Shown: piece after piece, positions 1 to 11,700 of the stretch
How positions within the stretch are numbered: position 1 is the stretch's first letter
Layout: each line of letters starts with the position of its first letter
Origin: Takakia lepidozioides
Taxonomy: Eukaryota > Plantae > Bryophyta
Direction: 5' to 3'
Assembly (NCBI GenBank): GCA_030704615.1
Contig: CM060731.1
Location: forward strand, 17,112,001-17,176,000
DNA: 64,000 bases
Program-made: the position numbers and the translations under genes
Notes under the pieces: model-generated
The model's database searches: none
What the model was told of the DNA's origin: nothing
What the model saw: only the letters and a program-made list of their open reading frames with translations

Positions 1-25
1 CCTTTCAGCCAAGCAAGAAGAGAGG

Positions 26-3000
26 ATGGTTCTGAAAGGGGATACTGTACACATTAAGATTTCAGACCAAAATGATGGGGACCAAGGATTGAAAAGACCT
101 CTATCTTCCAGTGGTTCTACGATCTTGCATGAGGACAGACCAGGCGAGGACCCGGCACCAGTGTCTACCAAGATGAGGATGGACCCTGATACACCCTTTG
201 CTGGCGATGGTGGAAATGAAGACCATGCACATGAGCATGCACTTCAGCAGAGATCTGGTAGATTGTGCAGCACGTTGGCTACATCCAACGATATTCAAAA
301 ATGGCAGAAAGAGATTAGAGCCGTTGAAAGGAAAATCTCTGCAGAAGGACGATGTGACAAGTTTGAGCTGATGACAAAGGATCAACAAGGACAAGCAATG
401 TTCCACATATGGTGTGTTGAGTGTGAGGATGTTTATGCACGGTCTGGGAAAAACAAACCATATGATGCATGTGCAAACTTTATGAGATCTCATTTGAGGA
501 GTGAGGGGCATCGCATAGCCTATGAGAGGCGTCATGGGAAGGGTTCATCACAATGTGTCATCAGCCCTGTAAATGCAGATGAAGCATTAGACGCAAAGAA
601 GAACAGGGTGAAGGAGGCATTAGAGGAAGTCGCTCGGTTTTGTGAGGACAATCCTGGAAACAGATTTGAGATTGTGGAAGCCACAATTGGAGACTATTCG
701 CAGTTGGGTTCCATAAGGATTAGGTGCCCACTGGATTCGAAGTGGCTACTCTTGTTTCCAAGGACAGGTTCTTTGCAATCTTCTTTGACAGAGCATGTGA
801 AAGGAAAAACTCATGTCGATGCAGAGATTTGCCAGAAGGTTGGAAGTAGTGAAGGACCTTGCAAAAAGAGAGGAAGGCCTCCAAAGCCTATGATTGCCAA
901 AGATGTAAAGCAACGGGATCTAAGCTCTTTCTTGGTCAGTCAACCTGTGTTGCCGTCCCCACCACTTGACAATCCAATTGTGGCATCAACAATGGGAGCA
1001 TCCTCGTCACAAACTCCATACGCTTGTGTTGACGCTGCCCAACGGGGAGATCTGATCGAGGATTGACAATTACAGCAAAGGTCCCAATGCAACAAAGGAA
1101 GAGACAGTTTGTGTTGGGGCCTATGGGATGAATGGTGGGAGTACAACCAGCAGAGAATAAGTCTGAAACCATTCCTTCAAGATAGCAAGGGAGGAAAGAA
1201 GTGGTATGTCGAGCCGTTGACAAATGCAACCATCACTCTAAACAATCAAGAGCATAAGGTTGTTGGTACGTTTCGGCACGCGGATTGTTTTAGAGTGTCA
1301 TTGGATGGGGAGCCATTTCCAAACTTGAGATGTTCAGCATGTTCTTCCATTCCCTTGGAAAATGACTTCAGAATGAGGGTATATAGAGAAAGAGGTGCCA
1401 TGGAATGTAGAGGGGAGAGAGATACTGGCAAGGGAAGAAGGTTGTCATATCTTGGAAATGCGGAGATTGTCAAACAAGTTTACAAAAACAGACAGGAGTT
1501 GAGGCAGTTGAGGTTCAAATTGTGGGAGGCCAGGACCAAAGTGGCATCATTGTCTGTGCGATGTAGGAGTTTGAAGGAGTCTGGGATTGAGGCAATTGAA
1601 AGAGGAGATGTTCTCAAATTTTGTCGTGATATTGTTGATGCACATAGGAGGGGGGATTTTGAAGGAAAAGAAAGTTTGTGGGATTTTCTTGTTGATATGG
1701 GCAAGAATATTGACAGGTCTCCACAAGGGAAGAGGTATGGTACTAGCACAAAAACAATGTTTGAGACTGTGCAGCTTTGGGGGGGTCCGAGATTGCATCA
1801 TTTTTTGGCTTCAAATGTGGGGGGTCCTTCTATTGATACTACAAGACGGTCTTTGAGGAAAGGTTTGAAGTATAGAGCGGGAGAAACGGATGATATATTT
1901 CAGCATGTGGCTGGAATTTACAGAGATGTGATGGAAGATGCAAATATTCCATTGGGAAGCATCCCAGTGATGGTGGCCGAAGATGAAACTGTTGTGAAGC
2001 GATTGGTACGTTGGATTGCTAGGGATGACACCCTTCTCGGGTTTTGTGGGCTTCAAGACAACCATGTATGTATTTCAAATTTTGTGGTGCAAGTGGGAGA
2101 AGGGGAATCAGGGTACCAACATATTGTGGAGGCATTCAAAAACAATGTGGTTGCCCATTATGCTAGAGTGTTGATAGCAAATCCTCTACATGTACGGTTA
2201 CCTCGATTGGTATTGGTAATCCAGCTCACTTGCAATAGATTTGACAACAATTTTGTGAGATCACAATGGGAAGTGGTGAGACAGTTGTGGGACAAATATG
2301 TGAGGGACGTGGTTGGGCCTATAATTGGGCATGCTTCAGACGGAGATAGTAGGAGGAGAAAAGTGATGTTAGAAGATTATGCCAATGGGGCTGGAAATAG
2401 ATTTTGCATCCCTTGGGAAGGATGGTTGTTTACAGGTCGAGTGTGCAACGGGGGAGATATATACGGACTCCATGATCAGGACTTCATCCACAATGGGAAA
2501 AAATTGGTAAATCCCTTGGACAGTGCATCACGGACTTTGGTGTTGGGTGATGAGGTTGCTACATTGAATCATGTGTTATTGGTCTACCATTCATTTTCAG
2601 TGGACAAGCATGGACTTCGGGAATGTGATATCAAAAGAGAAGATCGACAGAATTGGGCAGCAGCTCAACGACTGGCATCTCGGAAGGTGCAAGCTTGTTT
2701 GAGGGAGTTACAATCAACTGTGAATCATCGAAGAGAGAGGACCAAAGGTACTGAAATTTACCTATACATCATTTCATGCTACATCGACATTTTTTTGTCT
2801 CCTCACATGTCATTGTGTGAGAGGGTACAATCTGCTGCGAAGGTATCATTTTTTTTCAGATTGTGGAAGTTGTGGCTATTCCAGCACGAGGTGTATAATC
2901 TGAAATCCTTCTTCATTAGCAGGGAAGCATACTTGGATTTACAAATTTCATGCCACTACGTGGTTCTACTTATCAAATTGTTCAAGGATAAGTTTAATCA

Positions 3001-4235
3001 TGTGCAAGTTCCTTTGAGCCTTGTTGGTTCAGATGTGTGTGAAATATTCTTCAGCAAAGTGGGAGGTATGTCACGGAATGAGAGGACATATGACGGGTGT
3101 GATTTGATTGAGAGTGCGGGAGCATTAACACGCATATCCGAGTTCGAGGCGAATCCAAAAGGACCCAAGTTCTCAAGAGCTCACAAGAAACAAGAACACA
3201 TATGGTCTTCTTTGGAGAAGAAGCCAGGTATCCCCCTTGCTGATTTGTCCGACTTTTCTACTGTCCAATCGGATGATTGCATTGTGGAGGCTTTGAAAAC
3301 TGGATTTCTAGAAGCGCAACTTTTATGCCACTTGGGATGAAACCAAACAAAGCAACAAACTTGGATTGGTGGAATGAGCCATGGACAATTGAGAGACAAA
3401 TGGAGGTCGAGCTATTCAAAAGCATGGAAGAGGAGGGTGATGATGTCAATGCCATAGATTCTATTTGTCCTCTTAATGCAGACACACATATTCAAAATGA
3501 GGTCGTGGAAGATGAATTGGTGTGCGGGCCTTCGAATTCAATGGAGGATGTTTTGAGCCAACCTTTGGATGATCATGCGGAAGAGGTACTTGTTCAAAGT
3601 GAATTGAGACATACTCTGGATGCTGTCATTGATGAGTTTGAACAAGAGAAAGATGGATCGAAGGCAGTGGTTCCATTTGTCAAAGTAGACGGGAAGACCA
3701 TATTCAAAAGCACTTTGGTTAGCCAACTCAATGGCAACCCTACTCTATCCAAGGATAGATTGACACGAGTAAGAAGTGCATCGATGTTGTTTTGCCGAGA
3801 AAACAAACCAACTACCAGCAACAAAGCCACGAGCTTGGGATTGGGTTCGGATTGTGCTGTATTTTTTGTTGATGGGGAGACTGCGATCCAAACTACAAAC
3901 AGGAAAGGTAGACCAGGGAAAACCTGCAGAGGAGCAACCAAAGGCACTTGGTATTTGGGCAGGGTTCAAAGAATGCGGAAGAAAATCAATAAGCGGTTTG
4001 TAGAATGTAGGGATTTGTTGATTTATTGGAGCGTCCTTCTCATATGGAGATTGGGTTAGCATGGTACCAAAAAATTCGAGGAGGGGTCTATACGTACGAT
4101 TTGACGGATAACATGATGGTTGATTTGGATTCCATTATCGCGTTAGCATGTTTAAAGTACAATGTCAAGTCAAACACATATGTTCTTGATGCAAATGACC
4201 GAAAAGTCTTTGACAACTTTATCAAAGGCAAATAA
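26..4235 (+). pseudogene. P-element/THAP9-like DDE transposase (~1400 aa), disrupted by one in-frame stop and two frameshifts
   Basis: ORFs 26-1066 and 1109-3340 are in the same frame, separated by a single TGA (1064-1066). Apparent 1-bp frameshifts near 3335 and 4015 join ORFs 3277-4059 and 4026-4235. Motifs occur in P-transposase order: AEDETVVK, HASDGDS, DFIHNGKKLVN (D-x2-H-x2-K-x2-x-N), DRQNWAAAQRLAS, SDVCEIFFSK. The N-terminus has CxxC...H...H finger-like motifs and an AT-hook (KKRGRPPK). Confidence 0.72.
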
Positions 4236-4527
4236 TTTTTTTAATTAATTTGTTAGATTTTATTATGTTTTAAATGAATAAATTCGATATAATATAAAAA
4301 CATACATATACATATTGGAGGGTTATTTTTAATGATGAAAAATGAGAATATACATACAGAAGGGGGTACTTTTCGAAAATTGTAAATTTTTGTATATTTA
4401 CAGGAGGGGATTTTATAATCTTCAAAAAGTATGTACAGAGGGGGTATAAATTATCCAAGGACCCGTATACAGGGGGTTTTTTTATTAGGCGACGAACGCA
4501 CGTGATACGCACAGTTTATAAAGAGTG
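4236..4527 (+). mobile_element. Putative right end of the P-like transposon (subterminal repeats, candidate terminus ...TTTATAAAGAGTG)
   Basis: AT-rich tract with repeated TACAG(A/G)nGGGG motifs at about 4355, 4399, 4434 and 4468. It ends in AGAGTG at 4527 (reverse complement CACTCT...), exactly where CRE-like coding sequence starts abruptly. The left end lies outside the window. Confidence 0.45.
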
Positions 4528-5713
4528 CACCCCCCGGGATCCGAGGGGACTTTAGCTCGCCAACAAGCCGTCCTTCCCATCTCCTTCGGAAGTGTAGGCT
4601 TGCTTTCCATAGTCAGCACTTCCCCCTTTGCATTTTGGGGCAGCTGGGCAGCCCTTGCATCCCCCTTGTATGTGCAGTGAATGACCCCTGCTCACAAACC
4701 CCATTGCTCACGTCGACACTGACACCTACCATTTTCAACAACATATTTGCTCTGCACAAGATCTTTTTCCGGCACCAGCACGAGCTTCCTCCATTCGAGC
4801 AGTTGCTTGCCCAAGGCATCGATCATCTACAGGAGACTATCACGGACCACATGCATCAACACTCCTTCTTCGGCATGCTTTCTAGCAGCTCTTCCTCTGA
4901 TGTGCATCGTGCCAGGTTTTTATCATGTACAGGTGCAGGGCCAGGTGCAAATGCATGGCTGACGGCGCGACCCACCATTACCCTCTTTTGCTTATCATCA
5001 CCCATCTTTGCCACGACTCTCCAATTGCAACTTGGGCAATCGCATCCCTCTATGCTGGGCCTGCAACATTGTTTTTGCCACCAGCCTATCGACACACTTG
5101 CTGTCCACCTCCTTCGATGTCCATGTGATGGAGATTGCACCACCACCCATGACGTCGTCTGAGACCCTGTCGCATCGATTACGCAGGAGGCTGGTTTCCA
5201 TGTCTTGCGAGAGCAATCTCATGTCCTCCCTTCTCACACTCTTCAGTCCACACGACGACACGTCGATATCATCTTGTCTAAAGATGGTCTTTGCACCCTA
5301 GCCGACGTTGTCATTGCCGACCCTATCTGATCGGACCTACTCTCACGTTCGGCATCCTCCCAGGGCTCTGCGGCTTTGATTGCTGCTCAAGTCAAGAAAT
5401 GCGACTATCAGGACAGACATCCTACTAACACTATTTTCCGGATCCCTTTGGCTGCGGAGGTGTTTGGCTGTCTCCATTGTCAGTTCGACGATCTACTCCA
5501 TTCATGTGCCCTTCAAGCGAATTTCATATGCCTTTTGTTCTTGTGGCCTTCTACAAACAAAAAATTGCCGTTACATTACAAAGAACTCAGGCAATGGCCA
5601 TGTTACATCGGGTAGATGTAGCTAGATCGGCTTCATCCCACCTCCCAACTCTCTCGGACGTTATGCCCATGTTGCCCTCCGACTTACTTCAGGTGGTAGG
5701 TTGGGATGATTGA
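4528..5713 (+). mobile_element. Degenerate CRE-clade non-LTR retrotransposon, 3' part (post-RT region, Cys/His finger, restriction-like endonuclease)
   Basis: Broken frames read ARQQAVLPISFGSVGL, RARFLSC..PGANAWLTARP, CFCHQPIDTLAVHLLRC...THDVV, HVDIIL, LADVVIADP, IPLAAEVFGCL and IAVTLQRTQA. These resemble C-terminal motifs of RLE-type (CRE) elements. Multiple stops and frameshifts. Confidence 0.7.
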
Positions 5714-6065
5714 TCAATTTGAATAGCTTATTTTAGCTTGCTTCCATTTCCTCCTTTCTTTGTCCTTTCCCAGGTTTTGGGGTTTTTCTATCATATATTC
5801 AAATACCTCATGTTTCATGTAAATAAAGTTGTACATGATTTCATCACATGATTGCACGCTTTTGGTGGGGAATTACCCGTTTGAAATATTTAGATCTATT
5901 GAACTTTCAAAGTTTGTGCATAGAAACTTGGTTAGTGTGTGGCAAAAGAAATGCAACAAGAGTAGCAAGGATAACATCCAACAGATGGCCAATGGTTAGC
6001 TAGGGCACAAGGCTATTTTAGAAAGGGTCGTGGTTCAAACCACATAGGTGTACGTTGGATGTCAC

Positions 6066-6748
6066 CGGCGTTTGTTTTATTGGCGATTTTTCGCCATTTG
6101 GCCGCCTAAAAATCCCCTTGGCGAATGAAACAAAGGGAAAAAGACGTCCAAATAAGGCAGTTTTTGCCAAAAATTGGGGGGTCTAAAAAGGGTCCTCGCC
6201 CATGGACTGGGGAAGCACAAATTGTCATCATGGCGGGCCCCATGCAGATGATCTGACAGACGAGATGAGGAGTGGGTTGGGCCTCCTCTGTTCCATGGAG
6301 ATGCTCGTCCCCTCTCTTGCCCTACGCGCTCGTAAAGCTTTGAGTCTGCAGTTGTGGTTTTCACATAAGAAAGAGTTCCATTTGCCTATTATGGCTTTCA
6401 ACTAGTGATAACGGGCACATACCACCTCGGAAGTGGTTTGTGGTTCAATCCACCGATTGGTGTCACAAAGGTGTCCACCTTCCTAGTGGATGGCACTAAC
6501 CCTTTGGGATGAAGAGTAACGCTTCCATCGGGAGGCGTCAAATATTATATATATATATATATTTGGCTTTCCACTATTTCTGTAATTCGCCTTCTATTGC
6601 TCCTCAACATCCATTTGATTTGCAGAATACCACAAGAGTGGAAATACATGTAGCCTACCAATTTGAGGAAAATTACATAGAGTGGGCCAATTGCACTACG
6701 ATAATATAGTCATTCGTACCCCTTTTCAAAATCCTGAAAAAAACACTG
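6066..6748. mobile_element. Non-autonomous hAT-type element (MITE) with 8-bp target-site duplication
   Basis: Perfect direct repeat GATGTCAC at 6058-6065 and 6749-6756. Imperfect TIRs CGGCGTTTGTTTT / AAAAAAACACTG (consensus CAGTGTTTTTTT). No coding capacity. Confidence 0.8.
6400..6562 (+). mobile_element. tRNA-derived SINE-like repeat B, copy 1 (inside the hAT MITE)
   Basis: Reads GGGCACATACCAC...GGTTCAATCC...TGTCACAAAGGTGTCCACC...CGGGAGGCGTCAAAT followed by an (AT)n tail. Homologous to the copy at 7090-8065. Confidence 0.65.
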
Positions 6749-7089
6749 GATGTCACCCATTTATGGCCACCTAGCTATAAAAGGGCGTACTTGGATCAAC
6801 CAGTTACTTAATGTGCCAATGCTTGGGGAACCATGTTGAGTAATTGTTGTTGTTGCATTAGTAAGAGATTTTTTATTTAGATGATGATTTAGGTTCCAAA
6901 TTTTTATTTTTTGCTTGCAGAGCCCACCAAAGGGAGGCGGAAGGAACCTAATAAAATGTATACCCCATACCTTCTTTATAGTCTTTGGAGACGGTGGTGG
7001 CGCCTTCTAGAATGGGCCCATCGCTCATCCCTTTTGGAAACCTCTAGAAGTAGAAGGAGGGCGTACAGAGTGTCTGCGCAGACAACCAG

Positions 7090-8065
7090 CATGTAGCCCA
7101 GTGGTAATGGGCACATACCACGTTGGATGTGGTTGTGGGTTCAAACCACGGTCTGGTGTGTCACAAAGAGTGTTGGCCGGGTATGGCATCTAGACATGCA
7201 TACCCGGCGGTTATTTGCCGGTTATGCACATATGCATACCCGGAAAGTGCAGCCCCCGGAGGAACCGACTATGGAAGGGAACCGGCAAAAGCCATCGAGC
7301 TTCCTAACCGGCTAGAGAACCGGCATTGTGATTATAAGGGTGTTATACCTGGAGCAAATGGGGATGGCGTAGAGGCGGTTCTAGATAATATAGGTATAGG
7401 GGTTGGTGATGGTAGGGTGATGGTAGTTAAGATTATTGTTGGACAGATCCTGGTTATGTCTTACTAGCAACAATATGTCTACAATGGTTGGGGAGATTAA
7501 GTGCACAACATTGAGGATGTCCAAGTAAATAGGAAATTAATTAGTTGGGCATTTGGCTAAACAATAGTTATAAAGTTAGTGTATTACAGGGGCAGCCTGA
7601 AGGCAATAGATAGATGATAGGAGTTGAACGTTTGAACCCGAGACCCACAGGCCAATCCATGAGTGGCTTACAACCATGCCATAGCCCTCTTGTGTACTTA
7701 CACACACATAACACAAAAATGCTAGAGAAACTAAAAATGTAGAATGGATGAATCCCGTAACCGGTACCATGGAACCGGCAATTTTTAAGATGGCATAACC
7801 GGTAGATTGAGAACTGGACAAGAGAAAATTCATTTGTTTAATGAGAACCTGTAACCGAGATGTTTTTCAAACCTATTGATATACCCTGCCCCGGCCATCC
7901 ATATTTTTCAAGGAGTAGGCCATAACCGGACGGGAAGAGGGCTCAAAACATGGTACCCGGCCAACACTTGTCCACCTTTCAGCTGGAAGGAAGGTAATAG
8001 CCCTTGTGGTGAAGAGACACCATAAGTTAGGCTCCCTTCGGGAGGCGTCAAATATATATATATAT
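7090..8065 (+). mobile_element. tRNA-derived SINE-like repeat B, copy 2, split by an 800-bp TIR element
   Basis: A box TAGCCCAGTGG (about 7094) and B box GGTTCAAACC (about 7138). It resumes at 7969 with TGTCCACC and ends CGGGAGGCGTCAAAT(AT)n, as in copy 1. Confidence 0.68.
7169..7968. mobile_element. Non-autonomous TIR element (MITE-like), perfect 15-bp TIRs
   Basis: AGTGTTGGCCGGGTA (7169-7183) and TACCCGGCCAACACT (7954-7968). Many internal ACCGG/ACCCGG motifs are clustered towards both ends. Confidence 0.8.
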
Positions 8066-8713
8066 CTTCAGCGCATGTCTTGGGCCCACCGCCCTCCCAT
8101 TGACCCTCCTACTTCTACGCTAACCCTATTGGCTCTTCCCCACACTGTCGGGCTGCCTGACCTTCCCAAACTGGGCAAATGAGTTGGGGTACATAGCTCC
8201 CCTTTACATGAAACATAGATGTTTCATATAGCTCGAGTTTTCCATAAGGTCACGGAAATTATGAAGTGGTCACTAGCAGTGCGGAGTAACCCTAGTAGGG
8301 TTTCAGTTTTACAACATTCCACTGTAGTCACCTGCCCGCGTGTCATGCGTGACTACGTTAGCATAGCCTAGTGGTAGCTCAGTTGGACTGCCACAGGGGT
8401 GATTCTGGGTTCGAATCTCCCTTCCTACTAGTGTGTGATACGAAGCTTAAAACCATGTACCTTTACCAATATACCATTTGTTTGCCCCCTCCCCCACCAC
8501 TGCAGGATAGTCACGCATGGTTGAAATGACAGTGAGAAAAGGGGACAATGACTGTGGGGGTGTAAGATACATGCAACAGTCTTGGCAGCAGGTCAGGGCT
8601 GCGGTGTGAGACACACAGAGGAGGCCAGGGTTTTGAGTTTTGAGCTGCCTGCATGCATCGTCTCTCTCGTTTGCGGGCCGCTACCAATTCACACCAGCTA
8701 CCTGCTGGTAGCG

Positions 8714-11700
8714 ATGTCCACTCCGTTGGCTTCCCTGGGGAACAGAAGCGTAGAGCAGCTGAAGGTGGCTGAGCTGAGGGAGGAGTTGAAGCTACGGGGC
8801 ATTAACGTTAAGGGTTTGAAGAAAGATCTGGTCGATCGGCTAGCGGAAGTTCTTCGCCAGGAAGAAGAGCAGCGAATCGCAAATGAGGCTGCAGAGGCTG
8901 CAAAAGCAGCCTCTGCACCTGGACTTGAGGAGCCCGAGCTTGAAACTCTTGTGCCAGAGAAGAAGCTCGATGAGTCGGAGAAAGTGTTGGGTTCCGCGGA
9001 ACTTCCTGAGAGTGTAGACGATGTTAGTCCTGTCAGAAAGCTTGTCCTGTCGGAGGGAAACGGAGAAGCTGAGGCAGAACTGAAGCCGTCAGGTCTCAAG
9101 CCCACGGCAAAGGCGGATGCTGAGACAGGTGATCTGGCCAAGGAAGAGAATGGCTTGTCTGAGTCCGACAAACCTGGGGTTGGTGCGGAGTTGGCCCAGC
9201 AGGAACTGGAGCCTGGAGTTGATGCAGTGGAGGAGTCTGAGGAGGAGAAGATTGTTGAACCTACACAGGAGCCTGACTCCAAGCCTGAATCTGTATCCGA
9301 GCCTACGTCTTTACCTCCCTTGACACCAGAAACCAAAGTTACCCCGGTTGAGCTGCCGGAGCTTGAGGAAATTCCAGGGGAGCCAGAAGCCGCGACTTTA
9401 GGTCTGGACAAGAGCACAGTGGAAGACAGGGATGTTAACCCTAATGTGGAAGTAAAACCCTCTGCTGTAGTGGAAACTGAAAGCGTAGAAGACGAGGTTA
9501 TAGAAGGGTTGAAGGGGGATGTGAGTGAAGGCTACCAGGAGGAAGGGTTGATAGTCAAGAGCGAACGTGGCCAAGAAAATGTGTTAAGCGAAAGCGAACC
9601 TGTAGTGAAAGAAACGGGCGACGTAGATGTCGCTAGGGAGGTGCTAAGCGAAAGTGAGCCTGTGGTGGAAGAGAGGGTCAAGGAAGATGTTCCAATGGAG
9701 GTGCCAATCGAAAGCGAACCTGTGGTGGAACTGGGGGTCAACGAAGATGTCCCAATGGAGGAGCCAAGCGAAAGTGACGTTGCCAAGGGGGAGACCCCGA
9801 GCGAGGGGCATATGAAGGGGGAAGTTATGGATGTTGGAGAGGAGTGGAAGGTCAAAGCTTTAAAGCCCATGGAGATCGATGCTGACATGCTGGCTGGATC
9901 AAAACGGAAAGATGGAGGTACATTGTCTCAACTTTTCTTGTCGAGTTCTGCTGTTAATTAGTTAGTCTTACCACCATAGAAGATATATGGGATCGATAGC
10001 TCAAGCCCAATGGAGTTGATTATCTCGGTTTAAGAATAAAGCTGCTTTTAAAGTGTGGGGATGTGTTAAAAACTCTGCGTGGTGAACTATATGCTATCGT
10101 TGCTTGATGGGGCCTGAACACTTCTCCTGGAGAGGCCAATGTGTGAGACATACATAGAACTTGGCTTGCATTCAGTTTGTAAGAATCCTACAAGCATTTG
10201 GCTTTGCTTCTGCACGTAGTTCTCATTGTGAGAACCCCTTGCTTGGTAATCAGGGGTAGCTTGGTGACCAAAGTCAGACTTGTCTGATAAATATGATCCC
10301 TCCCCCCCAAGTCCTTTGGTCTTTTGACAGACCATGGTTTCTGTGGGGGTTATAGTCTTTACTGTTATATTGCATGCTTTGGTATAGCATAGCAGCCAAA
10401 GTGACTGTAACAGTATACAAAGTCATCTCTCTAAAATTTGTTCTTGGTTTCTTAGGTATGCACTTATGATTGTGGATGGAAGGGATTACCGTCCTGTTGC
10501 ATTGCTCAGCATAGCATAGCAGAGCAGCCATAGCTACTTTACTTACTCATCAAATCTTGTACAATGACATCATCTCCCAAGATTGAAAATTTTATCTCAG
10601 TTGTGCACTTATAACTCCTACATAGCGCAGATAATGAGGACGTAATGCTGATATGCAGTTGATCTTTCTATGCTTATTCCCTTCTCTTAGAAGGTACTTG
10701 TGTCAGCCCTTTAGGGAACACCGTGATCATGCAGTTAGACATATTTATTGTTCATATGGATTTGACGGTGGGATTTTTACTAAAGGAATTGTTTGAATTT
10801 TAACACCAGATGGAGAGCTGAGGTCACAGGAGCCCACCAAGAGACAACGGCGATGGAACTCTGGGAAGAGTGCGGCAAGTGAAAATGATGCACGACCCCC
10901 CCCTAAGTTAGTGACCACAGATTCTTTGAAAGCGACCACTGTTCGTGAACCAAGAGAGGTGGCACCACTGCCAAGTGCTCCCTCTCCATCTGTGGCAGCT
11001 TCATCTACACCAAACAGCGACCATGCTGGTGTGTCTGAGAGGGTTGCCATTTCCAGGGGTCTGCTGTCAAGGACGGACACGGCAGTCAATGGGGACACTC
11101 AAAAGACACGTGTTGGTGAGTTTAAGAAATATAACAGTTTACCAATTGTTCTGGGATTCTTTGTGGTCAAGACATACAGTCAGCTGTGCATGTTTTTAAC
11201 TGACGTTTGGCCGTTCTAATTGTAGAGGAAAGTCCATATTTTCTTCACACGATGTCAACTGTGATGGGGTCCTATGTTGTAGCTGGCCTTAATCCCTTAC
11301 ATAGGTCAATGGTTTATATTCAGCCGTTGCACATGTACAGGAAGTCCTCACTCTAGGGGTTGGAATCGCTCACTGTTTCCACTCAGGCGCCAAAGTGCTT
11401 AAGTAGCTCTCTTGTTGTGATGATCACTTTAGGAAACCCAACTGTCAAGGGGCTGTTTTGCCACCTTTGCTGTCCCAGCTGCATGTGTTCTCCCTTGCAC
11501 TTTGTCACCAAAACCGTCATGTCCTGAAGATCATCCTTTTGCCACAAGGATCCGTCATCTGCATGCCAAACTCACTTTGGGATCCGACTGGGCTCGTACC
11601 TGTGGAATGTCCTGACCCTGTCCCTACTTTTTACCCCTTGGAATATCCTTTATGGTCCTCCAAGTGCCTCACACCCTATCTGGTGGTGGACACTGATCTG

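Larger units (their letters stand above)
5978..6835 (+). mobile_element. SINE-like repeat A, interrupted by a hAT-type insertion
   Basis: A-box-like TGGCCAATGG at about 5986 and B-box-like GGTTCAAACC at about 6032. The sequence resumes after the duplicated GATGTCAC at 6749. Boundaries are approximate. Confidence 0.45.

Noticed and set aside
5978-8065. Recurring motifs that might suggest a CRISPR-like array or a tRNA cluster
   Set aside because: Spacing is irregular and fully explained by nested SINE and MITE copies; the DNA is eukaryotic.
8357-8430. tRNA-Gly(GCC)-like sequence (TAGCCTAGTGGTAG...CTGCCAC...GGTTCGAATC)
   Set aside because: A and B boxes are present, but the acceptor and anticodon stems do not pair. 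It is at most a pseudo-tRNA or SINE head, not a tRNA gene.
8698-9888. Ser-rich antisense ORFs opposite ACINUS exon 1
   Set aside because: Shadows of a Glu-rich coding exon.
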